NCBI GenBank assembly: GCA_002269645.1
Contig: NIVC01000245.1
Span: forward strand, 693,989 to 757,988
Source: Macrostomum lignano
Taxonomy: Eukaryota
Reading direction: 5' to 3'
DNA: 64,000 nt
Under the pieces are notes generated by a model. It did not search any database. It was given only the letters and a program-made list of their open reading frames with translations, and was not told the origin of the DNA. This document shows, in pieces, positions 54,182 through 64,000 of this stretch (its first letter is position 1; each line of letters begins with the position of its first letter). Position numbers and translations under genes: made by a program.

Positions 54182-55719
54182 TGTTAAAACAGGCGGATAT
54201 GCGTAGTAGTTGAGATAAAAATTCAGAATTGAAGTAGATCAGACTTGATCTGAATTAGTCAATCAATTATATTAACTATTAAAGTTGAAGTGTAGGTCTA
54301 GCAGAAAGTACTAGGCCCACTACTACTACAGAACAGAGACCTACAATAGAAAATTTCAAGTAAGGTCCTACACACCGAAGGAAATTTTTGAACTGAAGAA
54401 TGGCTAATGCAGTTCTATAGTAGTATAGAGTCGGCCTATTATTAACTATCAAAAGGAAAAAACTAAATATTAAAGTTTAACTTGAAGGCTAGCTTTATGC
54501 TTAAAGGCCAAACTTTTCAAGTCTTCTGCAGCACGTCTGTGATTTGCTTAACAAGCTGTTCAGTGTATGGTCTCTCTCTTTTTACACCTTCGTCTCATCT
54601 TACACCACGACCGCATTACACAGTTCTTGTAAAGTTGAGATCAGCTGACGGCTTAAAACGATATAATACGCGTACATGTATTTCCGGTTTTTAACACTTT
54701 TTAAAAGCAGCAGGTGGCCAGCGGTAAGCAACAGACCTACAGAATTTTAACGAAGCTCGGTTCTTGTGCAAAGTGGTTATTTAGAAAATAAATAAGTAAG
54801 CTAATATTAGCATTTGTTTCCTAAAAGCTCTAAATTTGTCGGTACTAATTAAGGTCACGATGTTATAGATAAAACAAAGTCACAATATTTAAATCAGCCT
54901 AATAGGATACTCATAAATTTAGGCGACCTAACTATCTATTTTTAACAAAGCTTATAATAAATAGGTTTTTTTAGTTTTATTATTTAAAATATAAAAATCA
55001 GTTAACAGGAAATACGTAGGAAAACAGAACTTTGAGACGATTGGGTTGACGGTGTTTTGCACTGAATTCGGCTAGCTAGGCCTACGCCGCGTTCGACTGC
55101 AGTTGAAGAAGCCTATGATTTTTACTCGAAAGCAAATTGATTAATTATTTGTTTTTACATATCTTAAAGCTGCAAGCAAGACCTTATTCTATTACTATAT
55201 CTACATAGTAATGACGATCATTTTTTGATAGGAAATCGTCACAGCACAAACTTGAAAAAAATTGTATTGACGTATTTCTATTTTAATAAATTATTCAATA
55301 TTATGTGTAATTGCTGTAAATGCTCATCTAAAGCTGTGCCAGCTGTTGTGGCTTGGTCTATTCTGATTGTCTTCACTGTATTATATTTTGTATTTGTGTA
55401 AGTTCCTTGACATTATATTCATTATATCTTGTTATTACTTATTGATATAGGTGTAGGCTTTTATCATATCAACAAAGATGATAGCCTATTATATAACACT
55501 TTAACATCCAGTAAGAATAGAGTTTTAATTCTAATCATCACTTGAACAGTATTTTTTAAGTGATAGTTATTCTGATTCTGATTCTCTGAATCTTATTAGA
55601 TGATTTACGATGCTAATGTGGCAATTTGAGTTGAAAAAGGCGTCAAGGTTGCGCACTTTGCCCTTGATGGCCAGAAGCATAAAACCATTTTTAACGGAAA
55701 CTTCAGGATTGTCTGACTG

Positions 55720-56295
55720 CCAGTGTGCGGATCATGTACCCGTGTATGCCGGAAAAAATTCGGGCGTCAAGGACTTTGTACGCCAGTGTACGCCAAAAAC
55801 AAAAAGTTGCACTAAAATGTACACCAAAAATTCCTAAAAAAGGTCATTCGGTTTTCACGAGTAGAGTTTTCTAAGAAAGGCTTTCGTATGAAAAGTGTTT
55901 TTAAAATATTACGAATATTTTCAATTTAAACAAAGCTAAATTATACCTACAAAAAAGATGATGCAAAATTAATACTCTTAGCAAAAAATTACACTAATTT
56001 TATTTATTATTAATTTAAAAGAAGCTAAAATTTTATCACTGACGATATTAATTTTCCTTTACTTTACTTAAAAATGTTAATTTACATTACAATTTTCATG
56101 CATGGCATGAATTTATTCACCAAAATTTGAACGCCAAAAAAGTATATGTGGCTGTGTTACTTGTGTACGCCAATAGTCTACGCCAACAAAGTGCGCTAGG
56201 GGTTGTGTACGCCAATTGTGTACGCCAAGGACTTAGGGTGGCCGTTTTGTACGCCGGAAAAGTTCCGGCGTACATGCATACCATCCGCAACCTGG
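55720..56295. mobile_element. Non-autonomous hAT-like element
   Basis: Termini CCAGTGTGCGGAT / ATCCGCAACCTGG, 8-bp direct flanks TCTGACTG (55712-55719 and 56296-56303), and repeated subterminal GTACGCCA motifs. Confidence 0.75.
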
Positions 56296-56402
56296 TCTGA
56301 CTGTAAATAAATTTTTTTATTGATAATACAAGTTTGAACAGGTTCTACAAAAGGATAATTAGCTTTAACAAAATTTAAAAGCTGATAATCACTTAATAAA
56401 AT

Positions 56403-57065
56403 GGCAGTGCTTATCCCCACGGTACCGTAGGAATAATTTCTGTCTTATCCCAACGGTACCGTGCGAATAATTTTCTGCTTATCCGCATGGCACACTGAGG
56501 AGATAGCTGCCCTATCTTCTACATATGCCGTGCGAATAATTTTCTGCTTATCCGCACGGCACACTGACAAGATAGTTGCCCTACACGTCCTCTGTTTTAT
56601 TCCCTCTGCTTTACTAGCTGCCCTATCTGCTACATATATATGCTATGCTGTGCGTGAATAGTTTATAGCTTATTGAAAGGGAATTTGAACTGAGGATACT
56701 AAGAAGCTGTTGATCTTGATGTAAAAACTCGAATAAGTTCTAGACTAGTATATGCATGTGTAAAAGCGTGTTATTCTGCTTTACTGATACCCTTCTGTAT
56801 ACTTATTCAACAATAATTCAACAAAGTTGTTATACTGCACTCAAATCGTATGTACTAAACTTCCCACACGGCATATATAGAAGATAAGGCAGCTATCTTG
56901 TCAGTGTGCCGTGCGGATAAGCAGAAAATTATTCCCATGGCATATGTAGAAGATAGGGCAGCTATCTCCTCAGTGTGCCATGCGGATAAGCAGAAAATTA
57001 TTTGCACGGTACCGTTGGAATAAGACAGAAATTATTCCTACGGTACCGTGGGGATAAGCACTGCC
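56403..57065. mobile_element. Non-autonomous MULE/foldback-type element with TIRs of about 179 bp
   Basis: GGCAGTGCTTATCCCC...GGGGATAAGCACTGCC, internally repetitive TIRs, and a 9-bp TSD TAATAAAAT (56394-56402 and 57066-57074). Confidence 0.88.
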
Positions 57066-58836
57066 TAATAAAATATCAAAACAAGTGTTAAAAAAGGAAT
57101 CAAAGTCCAAAAAGTTACTAGTTGATTCTATAATATCAGTTGAAATATTATTTTATTTTAAAAACTGAGTAGCCATAACATTATACAAGTTACTAAAGGT
57201 TGAAATAATTCCTATACATTGTCAGTCAAGAAAAGACTAAGTCTATTAGGTAAACAATGCAGATCTCTACTAGAAAGAAAAAACTTAATTATATCAAGTA
57301 CAAGCTTTTCCTTTAGAGCCTCTTTTAGTTCAGAAGAACTTTGATCAATGAAGCCATAAGCTCCCTTCATGATTTCATCATTTTTAGTTGATATGTCATC
57401 ATAATCATTTGTTGCATCACTTTTTTCATTAATAGACCTTGGAAAGTTGGGGTCTATTAAGAAATTAATTTTGCCAGAAATGTCATCTAGTTTGTCTTCA
57501 ATTGAAAAAATGGCAGTCTCTTCAGCTACATAAGGCTTGTTATGGAATCTTAATAAATGCTTAAGTATACCCGCTTTAGTTGAACTACTTAAATTGCAAT
57601 TTTGAATGGGACAAGTAAACCTGTTTGCTAATTGAAGCTTTTCTAGACAAGGGGTGTACTTTGAATGGTGGACAAAACCTGACATTTGCTCAAATGTTTT
57701 CCCATATTTACAAGGAAACATTCTTAAAAAAATCAAAGCAAAATGGATTCTTACAAGGCTAAATTTAAGCAAAAAAATTTCTGGGGCCATGTTAATTTAT
57801 ACTGTAGACCTAGCAGACCTAGTTTACAAAGATTTAGAATAAGGCTATTATTATAAGACAAAGACCAAGACAATAAACTAAAAAAGCAGACACAATAATA
57901 ATTAGACAATAATATGTTCAATTACAAAGAATAAAAATAAAATGAAGCACAAGAAAAGGTAAGGCTCAAGGGCAAGAATTGAATAAATACTGTGATCTAG
58001 GCCTATGTTAAGAAGTAAGTAGTCTATAAATATATACAAATATAAAAATATATACACAAGTCGCAATGTTGTTAGGGCCTAATTTCAGTAGTCTGGGTCA
58101 ATAGTTAATGCAGTCAATAGTTAATGCAGAAGTTCTTGCAATTTGCAAAGAAACTAAGCAAAGCACAAGAGCAGAGCATATGCTGAGTTGAGCAGTAAAT
58201 GCGATGTAACACTTGAAAATGATTTTAGTAGTTTGATCAGATAAAAGTCAACACAAATTAAATCGCAAGTACATTAACAAATTTGTAAAGTAAATTTTAT
58301 TTTCAGCAAGTTTTTTGCTTTTTGACTGCATTTTTTTGAGAATATTATAAAGTTTTATGCCCATAGTGGTTAACTTTGTATTCTTTTTGCAGTTCATTGT
58401 GAGTTTCTTTGTAAATTTAAGATTAGAACGTACTGTTGAATTATTTACTCTCGGCCACATATTATTTTTGATGCTATATATTCATTGTACATGGTTAAAG
58501 TGTTACATTACACGTTGCACTCATTAAAAACAAATATTTTTACTTAGCTATGGCCTTTTGTGAGAAAAAATTTCGCTTTAGTAAAATAGTTATCTTCGGC
58601 CACTTTTTCTAAAATGCATCTGGCCACTTCCTCGGCCACATATTTTTTACAGTGTAGCGTTTGGACATTATATGCTAGCATACTTTCGAAGACTGTCAAA
58701 AAAATGTTCATTACATCCCAAATTGTTAACTTTACTTCTTCTACAACCTTAATAGTCATAACTCTGTAGAATTATCTCAAAAAAGTGTCCCTGATTCGCT
58801 TTCAATACTTCTTCTGCTTTAGATACCGGCTTACTA

Positions 58837-61106
58837 TACCATTTTACCCTCGCTTTTGAACAAATTCTGTTTCACTTTAGACAGTCAGAACTTCAGTTTA
58901 GACACTTTTAGACTGGAGCCCCGAATCTACATTCACTATCGACAAACTCCGTTTCAGTATCGATAGCTAAGCTTTGTAGTGCTACACTTCTATCTATTTA
59001 CATAGGCAAGTAAGGAAATGCACATCCAGATCTAGGTGAAACTCCCTTTCACTTTCAACAAATGCCACTTCTCCTTAAACAGTCTATAGTCTAAGCTGCT
59101 GAAACTCCGTTTCCCTTTAGTCAACCAACATTCAAGATAGACAAGATACATTCACTTTAGACATTAAATCACATGGGAGGTGTGCAAAGGTTTATTAAGC
59201 ATGTTCATGGAAATTTCCAAGGATAAAAACTTTCATTGTAACGGAAGATGGCGTGCAACAAGGATTTTTTATCAATAAACAGTTAGTTTGGCTGCCTAAT
59301 TTAAAAGGCATTTGAGAATTCAGGACTTCCGAAAAATGTTTGTTTAACAGCGTCGTGATTAAAACGGCAAAGCCAGCAGAAGCAAAGCGATAATTCAGCG
59401 ATAGGTTCTGATTTTCATTAGCCATCAATTGGCTGAGATGCCAAGCACTGTGGCAGATACCTGAAGCAATGGCTGAGCCACCATGATACCTTCTCTGGAA
59501 TGATGCAGTCGGTGGTGCCGTCCATCTCACGGAGTAGAATGTCTCGGTGGTACGCCGCCAGGCTGCGACCAGCAAGCTGCTGCTCGGTCGGCCTGATGAA
59601 GGAATCTTGGATCGTTAACAGTTGATGCTTCAGAGCCGCCTTCCAGCATGATATTGCATTCTCAACTGGGGTGAGAAATGGACTGTAGGGTGGCAGTCGT
59701 CTCACTTCCACAGCGTCTTTGACCTTGTAGCTTTTGGCGTCATTGTGGCTGTTGACATTGTCTATAACAACACTGATGCTGCTGTCCGGAAACACGCTGT
59801 GGAATTTGGCAATTGTGAGAAACTCGCCAAATCTCTCCTTTGTCATGCCGCTGTCGTATGACTGGAAGTGCACGATTCCAGCAGCCAGGCTTACTGCCAA
59901 GCAGACAGTGATGCGCTGTCCCTTCTGTCCAGAAACCTGTCAGTACACGCGCTGTCCACAAAGAGATCGTCCATAGGATCGCCGCATCCATGTGTTGAAG
60001 CCAAACTCATCAATAAAGATCTTCTCTGTGTCAGATGCTTCGGGCAAGCACATCCACTAAGCAAATTGCTCACAAGCGACTACAACCCTTGGCGAGTTGC
60101 GCTCAGCTAGAAGATCTCGTGCCAGCTTCGTTGTGAACAGTGCACCGTCGAGTTTTATGCTCAGTGTCTTTTCTGAGACCTGCTGCTTCTCAGGAAAAGC
60201 TTGTCTGAGCATGGTGTTCATCTCTTTCAGAGTTAGCAATGGATTCTGCTCCACGATTGCGCACAAATATTCTTGCATCTCACCATCCCACTTCACGTTC
60301 TTGGCTCCGCCGCATGAAAGCTTTTTCACTCATCCACTCCTCACAATGGAATATGCGTTCATTCTCTTGATGCCAAGTTGAGAGGCCAATAGGATAAAAT
60401 CTTCGCCCTTCTGGTAAGCGGAGAGAAGTCGCTGCCTGTCATGGTTGCTCACTGGCTGTCGCTGTTACACTGGAGCCTCCTCTTCAAAGTTGCTTTCACT
60501 TTCGTCTTCATAACCAGGCTCCTCTTCTAGGTGCAAATCTTCACTGTCCTCCATCTTTTTCAGGGCTTGCTTTAGCAAATATCTTTAGCAAATAGGCTTC
60601 AGTGTTTTAAGCGAAGGGAGAGTAGGCTGAGACTGGTTCAGAAGTTCGGAAGGTCTGGCTGGCAACCCTGCCACCCCACATTGTTCAAAGGGGCGAAAAG
60701 GGTGTCTTAAAATGTATCTATGGTCAAAACCCCTCTTTCAGCCAACACTAGGTGTAAACAAATGACGCATCTAATAATCTGTCTAAAGTGAATGTATATT
60801 GTCTATCTTGAATGTTGGTTGACTAAAGGGAAACGGAGTTTCAGCAGCTTAGACCATAGACTGTTTAAGGAGAAGTGGCGTTTGTCGAAAGTGAAAGGGA
60901 GTTTCGCCTAGATCTGGATGTGCATTTCCTTACTTGCCTATGTAAATAGATAGAAGTGTAGCACTACAAAGCTTAGCTATCGATATTGAAACGGAGTTTG
61001 TCGATAGTGAATGTAGATTCGGGGCTCCAGTCTAAAAGTGTCTAAACTGAAGTTCCGACTGTCTAAAGTGAAACGGAATTTGTTCAAAAGCAAAGGTAAA
61101 ATGGTG
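58837..61106 (-). mobile_element. Tc1/IS630-like DNA transposon with 327-bp IR/DR-type TIRs
   Basis: 58837-59163 is the reverse complement of 60780-61106. TA on both flanks (58835-58836 and 61107-61108). TTCACTTTAGACA occurs near the outer end and at the inner end of the TIR. Confidence 0.92.
59418..60554 (-). pseudogene. Tc1/IS630-family DDE transposase (in-frame stop and frameshifts)
   Basis: HTH-like IVEQNPLLTLKEM, IFIDEFGFN, VVIDNVNSH, LPPYSPFLTPVE. Confidence 0.88.
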
Positions 61107-64000
61107 TAAATGCATTAGATATGATTTGTACAGAGCATTACCCCGTAACTGTGACAGAAGTGTTGGCTATTTTTGGAAATAGTGATATTGCATATTTAAA
61201 TACGTTTCTAAATCGCATTGGTGGAATTCAAAGCAGCTATGTATCAGTGCCCAGGAAAAGTCTGTCACCCATAGGATTGGTACGTAGGCTTGCCTAAACC
61301 GTGACATCATGTTGACGATATGATGGCGCAGAACATGCAAGAAATGTGCTATTGATGCGACAGAATGTCTGTTTGTAATGCAGTCTGCTATTGAGACAGA
61401 TTTCACGCGGTCGGTAGCTGTTGTTACAATAGAGTACAGGAATACGCGTCTGGTATAATCCACTTTTTTAATTATCGATCCAGTGGCATTAATATGAAGA
61501 ACATTAAGCACATTTTCCTATATTAGGTCGATTAAATATTGCAGTTGGTAACTAGAGTACAAAACGACATGCAGGGGATCAATGTAGCGCTCTCTAACTA
61601 TTCCCGGCAAGTACTCGTGTGGGTATTCTTCTTGTAGAGCAGTCTGCATAATGAGTAATTCCATATTAATGTCCTTATGTAGTAATTTCACCTCATTTAC
61701 CTTTTTGGCTATTCTTTCCATTACAAATTTCAATTTGCATGAGTCAAAGTTTCTGCTCAAGTTGTGACGCATGTGCTGATCTTCATTGGACAGCTTTCGA
61801 AGTGCTCTAGACACCCCATGCTCTGCAACAAGTTTTGTGAAATTTTCTTCCTCATCCTTTGTTATTCTTCTAAAAGTTGATGATTCGGCTTTTGAGTGGT
61901 CAAAGAGACCTCGTCCAATAACGTGCCACTCCTAGCATTCTTGCAATTGGGGTTCTTCCTTCATTACAAAAGTAAGCTCTCTCTTGCATCCCTGCATCTT
62001 GCACGCAGCCCTTACTGTCCAGAAATTTGTAAATTTTTTTCTAGATTCAACCGCACTAATATGACAGTAACCTCTCATGCGCAGGCAACAAGACGATACA
62101 GATCTCAATGATTTGCAGAGAGCTTCATTTAGTGCTGGCTTCGAAAAAACATACTTGGAATTACATGTATTGATTCGTAAATTAATCTTTCTTATAGTGT
62201 TAATTGATATTGTCACTGTTGCTGTCACTTCATTCCTTGAGGAGCAGTCCATAACAAGTTGCCCTTCAGGAGTCCCTTCAAGAGTCCCTTCAGGAGTCCC
62301 TTCAGGAGTCCCTTCAGGACTTCCAGCTCTTTCATTGTTGGTTGCCTAGCCAGCTGCTGGCTGGGCTTCAGCATGGCCACTGGTTGGCTGATATTCAGTG
62401 GAGCTATGAGGTCTAAAAGAATTGCTGTTCTGTTGGAAACAAGACTCATCTTCATGAGGAGGTTTCCTAGGCGAACATCGGGTTCTACATGTAGATGTGG
62501 CTTTCCAAAGCCAATTCCACATAGTCATATGATTTCTTAAGTTATTTCTCATTCCCAGTCACGAGCATAAAAACAAAAAATTGGATCTCGATTTCGGTAA
62601 TCTTTAGGAATGGAGTGCACCTTCCTTGCCCGAGAGATGGCATCGTCAATCTGGGAAGTAAGTCAACAGTAGTAAGCCATAATTTAGCACTCCAAATTAC
62701 ATTGCAAAACCTACATGTACATACAAGGACCACTGTAAAAAAAGGACTCAACACTCACAAACCATGTAAAAATTTTGAAGGCTGATTTTCAGTTTGATGC
62801 TGCCTCTTCAGATACAGACATTATGAAGATTTTTTAACTACATTAGCAGCTGAATTTTTAAAGAACATTGGCCATTGGCTGACGTTACCACCCAGTTTAG
62901 TGATGCTTGCCACTTACAAAGATTTTTGTACTTTCCTCTGATAGTGCAGTGATACAGCTAATGCTTTTTGTATATTGTATGAGTTTGCATCTCTACAGCT
63001 CACTTCTGCTGGCTGATTTCTTCTGTGATACATTGTGATGAGAGGTTCTCAGTAGGCGATTAAATAGACCAAAACAGCAGGTATGATAGCCCCCATAACA
63101 CAGTCTGCATATCTGCACATACTGCCTATACAGATGATATGGACACGCACGTGGTAAAATGTAGAAAAATCATTAAGTAAAGGTTTATAGGCAAATTTTT
63201 AACACAATTATGGCATATTGCACAAGGTGTTGTACTTGAAAATCTTGAATATCTGGTGCTTGTAGCCATTTATTGAAAAAAAGTTAATAGAAAAAATTAC
63301 ATCTATGCATGTAATTACATGTACAACATGCATCAAAAATGAGCAAAGCAATAAGCATGAATAAAGCACAAATTTATGTGATTGCACACAAATGGCACAC
63401 TGGTAGTTAGACACAAAGCCTGTGGAAAATCAGCCTTCAAAAATTTTTCTGTAGTTCGGGAATGCCAAGTCCTTCTTCTACACTACAGTGGTCCTTGCCT
63501 ATATAGCCATACGTAGACGTCAGTCTCTCACAAACCAAAAAAAATAAATGCTTACTTCCTTGGAGGGAAACTCGTTGAGATGGTGACCAGGAACAAAGCC
63601 AAAAATGCATATTGACAACCTCATGCCAAAAAAAAACTGTCAGATGAATTAAGTACCAAACATCTAGAGTGCTTATTGTACTCTTGCCAATATAAGATAC
63701 AAGTAGAGATGTAGAGATATTGTAGTCAGAGAGACAATTCATCTATTATTATCAAAATGAGCTTGTTAGTCAGCAGAGACAATTCATCTATATTATCAAA
63801 AATGAGCTTGTTTAGTGAGAAAGATTATATACCAAAACAGGGTGCAGGCATATTCTGTGTTAGGCCTCTTGCGTAATGTGTACATAGCAAAATGACAACA
63901 AATGTACATAAAGAAAAACTGCCTCCTGTATAGTTGTTAATATTGCTGATAGAGATCTGCCTAAAGTAAAGTGCTTCAGATCGGTAGAAGGCAAATACAA

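Larger units (their letters stand above)
57212..62252 (-). pseudogene. Degraded NOF-FB/MULE-like transposase region, interrupted by a Tc1/IS630-like element; C2H2 zinc-finger ORF at the distal end
   Basis: LHINATGSIIKK...FLYSIV...HSVASIAHFL...VTDFSWALIHS resembles the DATG and DFSxAL motifs of NOF/MULE transposases. CPIQNCNLSSSTKAGILKHLLRFH is a C2H2 finger. Multiple stops and frameshifts; element ends not identified. Confidence 0.5.

Overview
Eukaryotic (animal) genomic DNA with spliceosomal GT-AG genes, TTAGGG-like tracts and very dense minisatellites. The style resembles a repeat-rich invertebrate such as a free-living flatworm, but that assignment is only an inference. Centrepiece: a very young 10.7-kb Ty3/Gypsy LTR retrotransposon (8297-19002; 1076-bp LTRs differing at one base that I could find; TTAG target-site duplication) inserted into a mariner transposase. 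Its coding order is unusual: gag - acidic linker - signal peptide - herpes-gB/class III-like envelope - TM - tail with LYPSI/PTAP/PPNY late-domain motifs - protease - RT - RNase H - integrase. The envelope tail runs in frame into Pol, and six single-base homopolymer repairs would make the whole region one ORF of about 2439 aa. A separate small ORF after pol encodes a putatively N-myristoylated RING protein. Host genes: two tandem intronless DEG/ENaC channels, a DEPDC7/DEPDC1-like gene, two trypsin-family protease genes (one complete, one lacking catalytic exons), an intronless LicD/fukutin-family gene and ARL8. Other mobile DNA: two tRNA-derived SINEs, hAT-like and MULE-like MITEs with TSDs, several foldback elements, and an IR/DR Tc1/IS630-like element nested in a NOF-FB/MULE-like transposase relic. 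Many frameshifts look like long-read homopolymer deletions rather than biology. All family calls come from motif recognition by eye; no searches were run.
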